DNA of 64,000 nt, taken from positions 11,407 to 75,406 of IMG/VR virus record IMGVR_UViG_3300035703_000059; one strand, written 5' to 3'. Source of the stretch: a virus. Both the position numbers and the translations under genes were made by a program. Below the pieces are notes generated by a model. The model did not search any database, was not told the origin of the DNA, and saw nothing but the letters and a program-made list of their open reading frames with translations. Of this stretch, positions 26,391 through 35,296 are shown one piece after another; the stretch's first letter is position 1, and each line of letters starts with the position of its first letter.

Positions 26391-26558
26391 CTACGGGAAA
26401 AGGATGGCGTACAGGATGCCAAGCACCGTGACAACGCCGATTACGGTCCCGGCGTCGGGGCCGGTCGGGGGGAAGTCCATCGCGAGGGCAACGGTCCGCG
26501 CCCATCGAAGGCGGCGCTCTTCGGGAGTCAGTTCGTCAGTTCGTCGGTCGGTCGGCAT
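26391..26558 (-). CDS. Small membrane protein
   Basis: C-terminal TM; AAGGG RBS. Confidence 0.45.
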   Translation of the reverse strand: MPTDRRTDELTPEERRLRWARTVALAMDFPPTGPDAGTVIGVVTVLGILYAILFP

Positions 26559-26621
26559 GGTCGTTCCCTTCGGGGAGGGGTCCAGCGGGGGGCGGGGCTG
26601 CCCCGGCCGCTGACCGGCCTC

Positions 26622-26649
26622 GCTAGTGATAACACCGCTTATCGCTACT
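26622..26649. promoter_or_regulatory. dif/lox-like 28-bp recombinase site overlapping a promoter
   Basis: GCTAGTGATAA-CACCGC-TTATCGCTACT: inverted arms, ATAA-N6-TTAT; minus-strand TTGTCA-N17-TATCAC overlaps it. Confidence 0.6.
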
Positions 26650-26714
26650 GACAAGCAAGACCCCTTGCCTGCCAGCCCCCAGCCGGGGGCTTCTGTTCGT
26701 GCGTTCAGTTCGGG

Positions 26715-27032
26715 TTAGCCGGCGCGGAAGGACGCGCAGACGACACCCGGCGCGATGCCGTCTGCCGCTGTGCCGACCAGTTCGACCGCCACCTTGGCCG
26801 GGTCGCTGATCCACGAGCTAGAGCTGTATCCGACGCGCTCGACGCATTGGTCGCGGTAGTCCCACCGCTCGCCCCAAGCGTTGTAGTGGTGCTTCTCCTT
26901 GTTGGGCGCCCCCTTTACGCTGCCATCGCTGGGATGCATCTTGCGGGCAGTCTCCTCATCGGGGGCGGCGACGACGGCGCTTTCGTAGGTGTCATAGCCG
27001 CGTGCGGTGCTGTGGATTCGGTACAGGTTCAT
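26715..27032 (-). CDS. Hypothetical phage protein
   Basis: GGAGAGAATCG-ATG; GYDTYESAVVAA..VVCASF. Confidence 0.75.
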   Translation of the reverse strand: MNLYRIHSTARGYDTYESAVVAAPDEETARKMHPSDGSVKGAPNKEKHHYNAWGERWDYRDQCVERVGYSSSSWISDPAKVAVELVGTAADGIAPGVVCASFRAG

Positions 27033-27238
27033 CGATTCTCTCCTCGCGTCTTGCCGACGCGCTCGTACAGGGGTTTGCCGTTCGCGTCGACGTCGTCCGT
27101 GATGACGTAGACGCCGAACGGCGTCTGAATCTCCTCCGGCGGGTTCGCCGGCAGTCCGTGTGCCTCAATCCACCGGAGCCAATCGTTCGGCGTCCAAAGA
27201 GCGGTGCAGACCGGAGGAACCGGGAATCGAAGGTTCAC
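27029..27238 (-). CDS. Hypothetical protein
   Basis: GGAG with GTG start, coupled to neighbours. Confidence 0.5.
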   Translation of the reverse strand: MNLRFPVPPVCTALWTPNDWLRWIEAHGLPANPPEEIQTPFGVYVITDDVDANGKPLYERVGKTRGENR

Positions 27239-27519
27239 GGCGTCTCCTTGAGCGCCTCGCGCGCGTCGATGGTGTCCTGCACCCGATTGACGATGGCGGT
27301 CAGTTCGTCGGCGACCTCGGCGAGACGGAACATCCTCTGTCGATGCTCGTCGAGCGCCGCCTGCCACGCGACGACGCCCTGCGGGTAGTAGTCGCGATGG
27401 TTCGGTGCGTTCATGGCAATCGCGCGGATCGCGTCCCGCACGGCGACGAGCGCATCCTCGTACCCGTCGCGCAGCGCCTCTGCCGACGTGCCGTTCAAGT
27501 GAATGGTCGGGTGAATCAT
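27235..27519 (-). CDS. Hypothetical phage protein
   Basis: GGAGG RBS; PTIHLNGTS..PNHRDYYPQG. Confidence 0.75.
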   Translation of the reverse strand: MIHPTIHLNGTSAEALRDGYEDALVAVRDAIRAIAMNAPNHRDYYPQGVVAWQAALDEHRQRMFRLAEVADELTAIVNRVQDTIDAREALKETP

Positions 27520-27520
27520 C

Positions 27521-27742
27521 TCAGTCCTCCTTCTGTGTCTCGGTGGCCCACGTCACCGATATGTATGTCGCCGCCGCTACCAGCCCGGCGATGAACGCCT
27601 TTTGCTCCTCCTTCGATGCGAACCGATACCGTTTCGTCGGGAGCCACGCCCCGTTGAACCTGTCGACATCGACCTTGAATGGCCGCACCGCCCGCTTCTT
27701 TGCTGCGGGGGCCGCGCGCACACTCTTCTCCGCCATCACCAC
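27521..27742 (-). CDS. Hypothetical protein
   Basis: GAGGAG RBS; contiguous operon. Confidence 0.6.
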   Translation of the reverse strand: MVMAEKSVRAAPAAKKRAVRPFKVDVDRFNGAWLPTKRYRFASKEEQKAFIAGLVAAATYISVTWATETQKED

Positions 27743-28029
27743 TCCTCACCAGCGGGGCTGTTCAGCCACCGCTCCGTCATCTCGCGCTCGCGCTCGCGGG
27801 CGCCTTTGAGCCACCGCATCCGTTCGATGTCGTTCGCCAATCGAACCTCGTCCGGTCGCGCGGTGACGACCGTCGACATCCGCTGCATGAGTTCGGTCTG
27901 CACCAGCACGCCGCCGGCATAGACGCTGCCTTCGAAGGTGCCTACCGCCCCGGCGTGAGGACCGGAGCCGGTGACGACCACGACATCCCCGGCCTCCAGT
28001 TCGTTCCCCGCTGCATCGATGACCTGCAT
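27736..28029 (-). CDS. KOW/SH3-like small protein
   Basis: LEAGDVVVVTGSGPHAGAVG; TGATG coupling. Confidence 0.6.
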   Translation of the reverse strand: MQVIDAAGNELEAGDVVVVTGSGPHAGAVGTFEGSVYAGGVLVQTELMQRMSTVVTARPDEVRLANDIERMRWLKGAREREREMTERWLNSPAGEEW

Positions 28030-28208
28030 CAGTTCCACACTCCCGACGCCGCCGCCTCGCGAACGGCATCCCACATCCGCGCTTCCAGCAGCGCGTGAAG
28101 CCTCAGTTGTTCCAGCGTCTCCGCAGAGAGGTGGTCCGCGTTCGCGCATCGCTCTCCGCAGAACGTCCCCGTCGTCGTCGGCTTGCTGCACACCAAGCAC
28201 TCAAACAT
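28029..28208 (-). CDS. 59-aa Zn-ribbon protein (absent from the ORF track)
   Basis: GGAGGCTTCG-ATG; MFECLVCSKPTTTGTFCGERC..; stop overlaps the next ATG. Confidence 0.65.
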   Translation of the reverse strand: MFECLVCSKPTTTGTFCGERCANADHLSAETLEQLRLHALLEARMWDAVREAAASGVWN

Positions 28209-28251
28209 CGAAGCCTCCTCGCGGCGCGTGGCCGCTTCCTGTGGTGGTCCG

Positions 28252-29361
28252 TTAGGCCGACGCGAACTCCACGTCGAGCCGCGCCTCTGCCCGCATCTGG
28301 CGATGGCTCTGGTGGTTCCAATCCTTCAAGACGTTGACGGGCATGACGACCGCGACCTCGCCGTTCTGGCCTTCGATGACCAGCGGCTCGCGCGGCGAGC
28401 GGTAGACCACCGACACCCGTTCGCCCGGCGGCACCGCGAGGGCGAGGTACTGCTTGTTGACGCGCAGCCACTCCTCGTCGGCGAACTGTACGAACTCCTC
28501 GTTGCCCCCGACGACGCCTTCGATGTGGACGGGCGGCGTCGGCGAGTCGCTGAAGAACGCCGCACGGTCGGGGCGAAGCGAGAGGTTCAGCACGCGCGTC
28601 TTCTCACGGGTGTTCGCCGGCAGCGGCTTGCCATCGGGGTCATGCGTCGTCGCGGCTTCGACGGCCGAGAGGAGATCGGCCGGCGTCGTGTCGAGGTGGA
28701 CCGTCTCATCGTGCTGGCGGTACAGGGGAACGGTCGAGGAGAAGATGTCGACGAGGCCCATCGGCATCGTGTCCGTCTTCTCCGCGCGGACCGAGAGCCG
28801 CGCTTCGATGGGGCCGCCCCGGATGAGGAGCGAGACGAGGCGCGAGTCGCGCGAGAGGCGGATGGTCGTCTGCCTCGGTGCCAGCGTGAACAGGCGGACG
28901 AACAGCGCGAGCATCCCACCCGGCACGCGGAACGTCGGGAAGTCGGACGGCACGCCGCACGGCGCCGTGTGAAGCCGCTTGCCGTCGCTGACGTACATCC
29001 GCCCCGCGTGAACGTAGACGCTGAACAACATATCGGTGCCGAGTTCGAAGAAGTCCTTTCGAGCCTCGGCGCCCTCGGTGTAGGCCCACGCGGAGACGAA
29101 CGGGATGACATCGACGGCCACGGCGTCGTGCGGCGCGGGGCCGAGAGACGAGACACCGGGCGACGACTCGACGGCGAACACCTTGGGCTTCGACCGCATG
29201 AACTCCGGCAGCGCATCGATGTCGCCGCGAAGCCGAAGCTCCGCGCGCGGCTCGCCGGGGGCGAACTCGTCGCCCATGACCAAATCGATGCCGTCGTCGG
29301 CGACGACCGCCGTGACCTGCCCGACACCCGTGAATCCCTTGAACAGCTTGTCAGCCTTCAT
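28252..29361 (-). CDS. DNA sliding clamp (DnaN beta)-like protein
   Basis: 369 aa; VSDGKRL (cf. ATDGHRL), VNKQYL, PLVI..VVMPV. Confidence 0.65.
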   Translation of the reverse strand: MKADKLFKGFTGVGQVTAVVADDGIDLVMGDEFAPGEPRAELRLRGDIDALPEFMRSKPKVFAVESSPGVSSLGPAPHDAVAVDVIPFVSAWAYTEGAEARKDFFELGTDMLFSVYVHAGRMYVSDGKRLHTAPCGVPSDFPTFRVPGGMLALFVRLFTLAPRQTTIRLSRDSRLVSLLIRGGPIEARLSVRAEKTDTMPMGLVDIFSSTVPLYRQHDETVHLDTTPADLLSAVEAATTHDPDGKPLPANTREKTRVLNLSLRPDRAAFFSDSPTPPVHIEGVVGGNEEFVQFADEEWLRVNKQYLALAVPPGERVSVVYRSPREPLVIEGQNGEVAVVMPVNVLKDWNHQSHRQMRAEARLDVEFASA

Positions 29362-29587
29362 CGGTCATATCCTCTCGCGCACGCTGGCGCTGAAACTTGC
29401 CCCACGTCTTTGCGGCAGCCTCGTTGAAGGCCGCCGGGTCTGCTTCCATCTGAAGGGCGACGGTTAGTCCGTACACGTCGTCCCACTTGAGCCGGAGCGG
29501 CTTCGCCTCGCCTGTCTCGACGAACGCGTGCCACAGCTCCTCGGCCCACTCACGGCCGACCGTCTTGGATTCTCTGAGCGTCAGCAT
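29351..29587 (-). CDS. Hypothetical protein
   Basis: GAGGCTTCG-ATG. Confidence 0.65.
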   Translation of the reverse strand: MLTLRESKTVGREWAEELWHAFVETGEAKPLRLKWDDVYGLTVALQMEADPAAFNEAAAKTWGKFQRQRAREDMTDEG

Positions 29588-29594
29588 CGAAGCC

Positions 29595-29924
29595 TCACGT
29601 CGGATAGATGCCGGAGTACCAAGAGGTCGCCTGCTCCGCGAATACCCCGTGAGGCAAGAGCGCGGCCATGACGGCTTCGATGCCGCGCGCGTAGCCGTAG
29701 TCCCAGTTGAAATAGGGCGCGTGGTCGCCGCCGTCGTGGACGACGATCAACACGGCGTTCTGCGCGTAGTCCTCGCCACGCTCCCGCCACTCGGCCGGCG
29801 AATAGAACGCCTTGCATCCCCCGGTGTCGAGCGCGTTCCGCTTCTCCAACAGCGCGACGATGGCGTTGTACGCGGCCACGCCCTTCGCACACAGCCCTTC
29901 CGGCATCTCCAGTTCTTTACGCAT
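29595..29924 (-). CDS. Hypothetical phage protein
   Basis: GGAGAGAATCG-ATG; GGCKAFYSP.EW..RGE.Y..VHDGG. Confidence 0.75.
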   Translation of the reverse strand: MRKELEMPEGLCAKGVAAYNAIVALLEKRNALDTGGCKAFYSPAEWRERGEDYAQNAVLIVVHDGGDHAPYFNWDYGYARGIEAVMAALLPHGVFAEQATSWYSGIYPT

Positions 29925-29934
29925 CGATTCTCTC

Positions 29935-30231
29935 CTACTGCCCGATGAGGGCGATGGTCCCGTCGACCGAGACGTGTCCCGCGCGTTCGATAGCCTCGAT
30001 GAGTTCGGGCGATGCCGTGAAGGGCTTGCCCAAGTAAAGAAGGTGGTGGCTGTACGCGCCGCCCGCGTGAACCGCGAAGAGGCCGTCGCCCGTGTTGAGA
30101 TCGACGCGCGCGATGGCGTCGTCGGCTTGAATGAGGGCCAGCCTGTCCGTGGGCTTGCGCGGATAGACGACGCACTCGCGGACCTTGCGCGTGCCGGGGA
30201 ACTTGACCGTAACCTTGTCGAAGCGTGCCAT
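29935..30231 (-). CDS. Hypothetical protein
   Basis: GGAGACATCG-ATG. Confidence 0.7.
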   Translation of the reverse strand: MARFDKVTVKFPGTRKVRECVVYPRKPTDRLALIQADDAIARVDLNTGDGLFAVHAGGAYSHHLLYLGKPFTASPELIEAIERAGHVSVDGTIALIGQ

Positions 30232-30298
30232 CGATGTCTCCTCGCGGGGCGCGCTTCGATGCGCGCTCCCGCTTCCTGTGAATGTTGAACGTGCCGAA

Positions 30299-30652
30299 CT
30301 AGCCGTCGCCGTACCGGGAGAAGTTGATGAGTCTCAACTCCTCTCCGTTCGCGTCGGTCCACGCGATCTGTTCCGGCGTGTAGTCGACGAAGAACTCATC
30401 GTCGGTGTCGCCTTTGCGCGTCGAGGCGTAGCCCAGCGCAAACCGCTTCGCATCGATGCCGTCGACCGTATCGGCCGTTCCAAGCGCGCCGACGAGACGC
30501 ATCCCCGGCGTGTTCGGGCCGAAGATCTCTTTGCCGTTGTCCCGCACGACGACCTCGACTGCGGCAGCGCCGCGCTCATCGAAGCCCGTCTGGAACATCT
30601 CGATCACCATCCCCTTGCGGGGCTTCAGCACTACCACTCGCTCGCGCATCAT
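30299..30652 (-). CDS. Hypothetical protein
   Basis: GGAGG RBS; GDTDDEFF.DYTPEQ..W. Confidence 0.7.
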   Translation of the reverse strand: MMRERVVVLKPRKGMVIEMFQTGFDERGAAAVEVVVRDNGKEIFGPNTPGMRLVGALGTADTVDGIDAKRFALGYASTRKGDTDDEFFVDYTPEQIAWTDANGEELRLINFSRYGDG

Positions 30653-30897
30653 CGCGCCTCCTCCTCTCGCAGTACCTCGGCTTCAGCCGCCGAAATTCGC
30701 TTCTCACCGCACGGCTCGTTCCACGAACAATACGCGCAGAGCGCATAGCCAACGGTGTCCTTCTTGCAGCCGCAGGGACACTCGCATCGATGTTCGTGGT
30801 AGCCCGGCTTCGCGTGCAGCCGGTACGCCTCGTAGAACTCCATCCCGTTCTTGATCGCCTTCCGTAGATTGCGGTGGCAGTCACAACGCTTCGCCAT
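30649..30897 (-). CDS. Cys-rich Zn-binding-like protein
   Basis: CDCH, CECPCGC, CAYC. Confidence 0.65.
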   Translation of the reverse strand: MAKRCDCHRNLRKAIKNGMEFYEAYRLHAKPGYHEHRCECPCGCKKDTVGYALCAYCSWNEPCGEKRISAAEAEVLREEEAR

Positions 30898-30906
30898 CGA
30901 TGCCTC

Positions 30907-31491
30907 CTAGTGGCAGACGCAGAGTTCGTTCAGCTTGCTCTTCGCCGACGCCACGGCCTCTTCGACCAGCCCGTATTCGCGGGCAGCTTCCTCGACCGTC
31001 TCCAGCTTCACCCAGCCCTCGCACTCGATGCCTCCGATAGACGCGCGGCCAAGTTCGACCCCGTTGCGCCACGCCTCGACCGTGACGACGATGCCGAACA
31101 GGTCGCCGGCAGCGAGCTTCGATGCCGCCATGCGCGCGTCGTCCAGCGCATCGCGCCACGCCTCTTGCTCGGAGATGCCGTTACTCATCCGCCACTTGAC
31201 CCGCTCCTCGATCTCGTAGACCGCGAACCAGCCCCAAGCGCGATGCGACGTGCGCTCCCACGACGGCGACCCCTCGCCCCGGTCCACCTTGCGCCACGCG
31301 TCCGGGTTACGGATGAGGAAGGCGCCCTCCGGCGCGTTCTTCTCCTCGCAGAAGACCCCGTAGTGCGAGTAGTCCCACGACTCATCGTAGTCCCACGTCA
31401 CCCGGACATCGAAGCCCTCGACCTCGGCCTTCAGCCCCTCGCGACCGCCGCGCCCCTTCATCTCTTCGAACTTGATCTCGGTGGTGTCCAT
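30907..31491 (-). CDS. Hypothetical acidic protein
   Basis: GGAGTGAATCG-ATG; SIGGIE motif. Confidence 0.7.
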   Translation of the reverse strand: MDTTEIKFEEMKGRGGREGLKAEVEGFDVRVTWDYDESWDYSHYGVFCEEKNAPEGAFLIRNPDAWRKVDRGEGSPSWERTSHRAWGWFAVYEIEERVKWRMSNGISEQEAWRDALDDARMAASKLAAGDLFGIVVTVEAWRNGVELGRASIGGIECEGWVKLETVEEAAREYGLVEEAVASAKSKLNELCVCH

Positions 31492-31495
31492 CGAT

Positions 31496-31816
31496 TCACT
31501 CCTCCCCGTTCGTCGCGGGTTCCAAAAAGTCGACGTGGTAGAAGCCGCCGCCCGGTTCGTAGACCTCGCCTTCCCACTCGATGTCGACGTGCGGGCCGGA
31601 CTTGAAGATCCGCGCCTCCGGTCCGACGTACCCGTATCGATACCGCTTGGTCGCCCGGTGTGTCGGCTCCGGCGCGAGCGCGAAACGAACGCGCAGCCCT
31701 CGCGGAAAGCGCGCCAGCGCCCGCGTGCAATCGCACGGGTCGTCTCGGTGCGGCCGAACCGCGATGCCGCACGCCTCGCAGCGCGGCGGGAACACGTCAT
31801 GCTGATAGCTCATCAT
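31496..31816 (-). CDS. Zn-finger/SH3-like hypothetical protein
   Basis: CEAC..CDC; GGAGG RBS. Confidence 0.6.
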   Translation of the reverse strand: MMSYQHDVFPPRCEACGIAVRPHRDDPCDCTRALARFPRGLRVRFALAPEPTHRATKRYRYGYVGPEARIFKSGPHVDIEWEGEVYEPGGGFYHVDFLEPATNGEE

Positions 31817-32067
31817 CGCGCTGCCTCCTCTTCTTCGGCGCACTCCTCTTCGAACCCATCCGCGCTCAGAGCGAGGAGCGCATCGATGTCGATGCCCTCG
31901 CGCTTGCACAGGTGGCGCAGGTCGCAGAGAAGGTCGCAGGTGAAAGACTCGATCTCTTGGGTCCGGTCCGCCCCGACCAGCACATCGATGCTGTCGTTGT
32001 CGGCGTAGGCAATCACCGCACCCAGCGCGCGCTCCGCGCGGTCGTCGTTCGTAGGTGAACCCGACAT
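31813..32067 (-). CDS. Hypothetical protein
   Basis: DLLCDLRHLC motif; TGATG coupling. Confidence 0.65.
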   Translation of the reverse strand: MSGSPTNDDRAERALGAVIAYADNDSIDVLVGADRTQEIESFTCDLLCDLRHLCKREGIDIDALLALSADGFEEECAEEEEAAR

Positions 32068-32231
32068 CACTCCGCCTCCTCTTCCAGCGTGAGGCACGAC
32101 GGCGGATAGCGCACCGTCGCCCCGTAGCTTCCAGCCAGCCGAACCGTCACCGTCTCCGGCGTCACATCGATGACCCGGCATCGCCGATTCAGCGGGTCAA
32201 CCACCACCATTCCGACAACGAACGCTCCCAT
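32067..32231 (-). CDS. 54-aa SH3/KOW-like protein (absent from the ORF track)
   Basis: GGAGGCTTCG-ATG; MGAFVVGMVVVDPLNRRCRVIDVTPETVTVRL..; stop overlaps the next ATG. Confidence 0.6.
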   Translation of the reverse strand: MGAFVVGMVVVDPLNRRCRVIDVTPETVTVRLAGSYGATVRYPPSCLTLEEEAE

Positions 32232-32336
32232 CGAAGCCTCCACCCGCGCACAACGCGCGACCGCTGGACCCTCGCGAGAAGGCCCAGCGGTCGAGCGGGG
32301 GCCGCGCGCAACCGCGCCGCCCCTCGCGTCGATCCC

Positions 32337-32969
32337 TCACTCCGCCGACGACCACGATTCGACGGCCATCGTTTCCTCGCGGCTGCGCTGCTCCGCACGC
32401 TCCGCCCGCTCCTGCTCGTAGGTGGCAACCAGCCGGCACGCGTCCGGCGCGTAGCACCATCGATTGGTCGGGCAGCGAAGGTTCTGCGGCAGGTCCGACA
32501 CCCACGCGTGCTGCTTCCGATTCCCGTAGCCGCTGCCCGTCCAGTAGACCGGCGAGAAGGGGACGCCCGCCGCCTTCAGCGCGCCCAGCCAGCCCAGCAG
32601 GTTCGTGTCGTACTGCTCGATGTCGAGCGCCTTCAGCACGTCGAGGTGCCGCTTGACGGCATCGATGGTCGCTCGCGTCTGCTCGCGGAACGTCGCGGCG
32701 TAGGGCGCCGAGTACGGCGCACCGCCGACATCCCAGAACGGACCGTGCGCCGTCGAGGCGCGCAGGTCGAGAACCTCCGACACATACTTTCCGTTGTCGT
32801 TACGGTCGAGGCGATGACGCTGGAAGGAAACGTAGATGCTCGACTCGTAGCGGTCCGACTCGTGAGGGAACTTGATCGTCACGGTGTCGTAGTCGTTCGT
32901 CGCGTCGGCGTTGATGATGATCTCCGCCGAATGAAACCCCAGCTTCGCCAACTTGTTCTTCGTAGCCAT
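32337..32969 (-). CDS. Hypothetical protein
   Basis: AGGAGGCATCG-ATG; 210 aa. Confidence 0.75.
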   Translation of the reverse strand: MATKNKLAKLGFHSAEIIINADATNDYDTVTIKFPHESDRYESSIYVSFQRHRLDRNDNGKYVSEVLDLRASTAHGPFWDVGGAPYSAPYAATFREQTRATIDAVKRHLDVLKALDIEQYDTNLLGWLGALKAAGVPFSPVYWTGSGYGNRKQHAWVSDLPQNLRCPTNRWCYAPDACRLVATYEQERAERAEQRSREETMAVESWSSAE

Positions 32970-32978
32970 CGATGCCTC

Positions 32979-33239
32979 CTAGTTGATTCCGCAATACGCG
33001 GCGATGTGACCTTCGGGAATACGAACGAGAACGCGCCAGCCGGCACGAACGTCTTTCGCCTTCGATGGCGGAAGGTGCGCGAGGAAGTCGCCGATGTTGT
33101 CCTCGCTCTGAAGGTAGAGGAGCGCTTCGCCGGAGAGCGGCGGGGCGTCCATCAGCTTGCGGAGCCGCCGTCCCGCCTTGTCCGACTTCGGCTCTATCTC
33201 GACGTGACCGAACCTGTTTTGCTCGACGATGACCAGCAT
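32979..33239 (-). CDS. Hypothetical protein
   Basis: AGGAGGCATCG-ATG. Confidence 0.7.
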   Translation of the reverse strand: MLVIVEQNRFGHVEIEPKSDKAGRRLRKLMDAPPLSGEALLYLQSEDNIGDFLAHLPPSKAKDVRAGWRVLVRIPEGHIAAYCGIN

Positions 33240-33248
33240 CGATGCCTC

Positions 33249-33737
33249 CTAGCGTGACCGAATGATGTGGTGGAAGATGTGCGCGACAAGCTGCGCCTTC
33301 GACTCGACGGAAAGCGCATCGAATCCGTCGCGGACCGACTCGTAGGTGGGCGGCGGCGGAGCCGCCGGACCGATGCCGTTCGCCCGAAGAATGACGGAGA
33401 GCGCTTCGGGATCGCGCGTCTGCATCGCCTTGATGAGATCCGTCCAGTTGAGGCGGAGAGAGGCAGCGACCGCCTCTGCCGTGACCGGAGCATCGATGGG
33501 GACGCCCGCGTGATTCAGACACGAACGCAACGCCAGCGGGTCCGTGTCCTGCATCTCTTTGAGAAGGTCGGTCCAATCGTAGGACGCCACCACGTCGGCC
33601 ACGTCATACACGTTATCGATGCCAACGCTCGACGCCTCGACTATCTCCCGAATGTCGCTCCCGTCGAAATCGTACAGGTCGCTCGCGTCAATCTCGACTT
33701 CCACTTCGACCGTCTTCGTAAAAAGGGGGCGGCCCAT
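33249..33737 (-). CDS. Hypothetical protein with internal duplication
   Basis: WTDLLKEMQDTDPLAL / WTDLIKAMQTRDPEAL repeat. Confidence 0.7.
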   Translation of the reverse strand: MGRPLFTKTVEVEVEIDASDLYDFDGSDIREIVEASSVGIDNVYDVADVVASYDWTDLLKEMQDTDPLALRSCLNHAGVPIDAPVTAEAVAASLRLNWTDLIKAMQTRDPEALSVILRANGIGPAAPPPPTYESVRDGFDALSVESKAQLVAHIFHHIIRSR

Positions 33738-33855
33738 CGATTCTCTCCTCGCCGCGTGATGCGGCTTCCGTGAAACGTCCAACCGTTTCCGTCAGACCCC
33801 AACCATCGATGGCCGGAGGCTGACGGAAACGGCGCGCGGATGCGCGCCGGTCCCC

Positions 33856-35166
33856 TTACGCCGCGAGAGCGAGTTCCACCTTGCGAACGAGATTCTTGTC
33901 GGTGAGGAGCGACCCGGCTTCACGCTCCACCGCGTCGGCATCGAAGGCGCCGCGCCACCGGAAGCCTTCGTGAACGGAACGCGTCACCGCGTTCACCACG
34001 TCGGCGCGCGTGAACCCCGGCTCCTCCATCCAAGCGGATAGAAGGCCAGCCGCCACCTCGGTTTCCTTTCCGGGGAGCGAGAGGATCTTCGCCTTCGATA
34101 GCCCTTCGAAGAACCGATTGGCCGGCATCCCGTCGGTCAGAAGGATCTCGGACCGTGCCTGTCCCCAATCGTGCCGGAACGCGCCGAACTTCACTTCGGC
34201 TTCGGCGAACGCCGACGCCAGCGCGACGTGAATCTCGGTCGGGGCGCCGACGTGCTTCAGCGAGAACAACGCGTGCTTCAGTTGGCCGATGACGATGAGG
34301 TTCAAGCATCGATTCCGCCACGCCACAAGCTCGCCCGTGATGGCGCCCTCGCGAACGTCGTTCGCGCGGAGCCTCAGACCGATCTTGAAAACGTCACCGG
34401 CCGCCAGATCCACCACTTGATCCGGCATCGAGAGGAAGTCGAGCGCCAGCCGCTCGCCGTCGTATCGAACGTCGCCCTTCCACGTCTGCATCAGATCGGC
34501 CGACGACGAGAGGAGCGACGCTAGAACCATGTCGGCATCGAAGGCCGTGTATTTCGTAGAGGCGATCCGGTACACCTCCGGCCGTTCCAGCGTCCGCCCA
34601 TCGATACCCACCTCGCGATAGGCCGCCACAAGCTGCTTCGACTCGCGAGGCAGGTAGTCGTTCAACATCGCCGCACGGACCGCGAGCGAAGCGTGCGGGG
34701 CGTGCGCCGCCGCGAACCGGGGCGCGTCGGGACAAAGGCCGAAGGCGTGTTCCCATGCCGTCGGCGTCAGATCCACGTCCATCCCGTTCAACGTCACCGC
34801 GCCCGTTTTGGCATCGAAGCCGACGAGGCTCAGATCCATCTCGGTTTCGGCGCGATTCTCCCGCTGAATCGCCTTCAGCCGGTCATAAGCCGCCGTCGCG
34901 CCGTCGGGCATCGAGTCGATCTTTCGCCGCTCGATAGTGAAGTTACGGACGCCGGTTTCGTTCACGCGCGACCCGGCCGGATAGATTGGGTCCGTCCGCG
35001 CCGCCGCCTCCTCGCCGAAAGTCTCGACAAGCGCGCGACGCTGGCGAGCGATACGCGCCGCCGCCACCGTCGAAACCGTGCCAGCCTCGCCCGTCATGGT
35101 AACAGGCGACTTCGCCTTGCCCTTCGCGCCGCCCACGATCTCGCCGTTCGTTTTGACGATCTGCAT
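33856..35166 (-). CDS. DUF932-like protein
   Basis: ASTKYTAFD, WRNRCLNL, LKHVG motifs. Confidence 0.65.
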   Translation of the reverse strand: MQIVKTNGEIVGGAKGKAKSPVTMTGEAGTVSTVAAARIARQRRALVETFGEEAAARTDPIYPAGSRVNETGVRNFTIERRKIDSMPDGATAAYDRLKAIQRENRAETEMDLSLVGFDAKTGAVTLNGMDVDLTPTAWEHAFGLCPDAPRFAAAHAPHASLAVRAAMLNDYLPRESKQLVAAYREVGIDGRTLERPEVYRIASTKYTAFDADMVLASLLSSSADLMQTWKGDVRYDGERLALDFLSMPDQVVDLAAGDVFKIGLRLRANDVREGAITGELVAWRNRCLNLIVIGQLKHALFSLKHVGAPTEIHVALASAFAEAEVKFGAFRHDWGQARSEILLTDGMPANRFFEGLSKAKILSLPGKETEVAAGLLSAWMEEPGFTRADVVNAVTRSVHEGFRWRGAFDADAVEREAGSLLTDKNLVRKVELALAA

Positions 35167-35296
35167 CGATTCACCCCTTGCGCGTCAAGCGCGCAAAACA
35201 CGGACCCTCGCCCGTTGAAAGCGTCCCGGCCGACCGAGGCGCTTTCGACGGACGGCGGGGAGCGCGCGCAACGCGCCCCCGCTCGTCCTTCGATTC

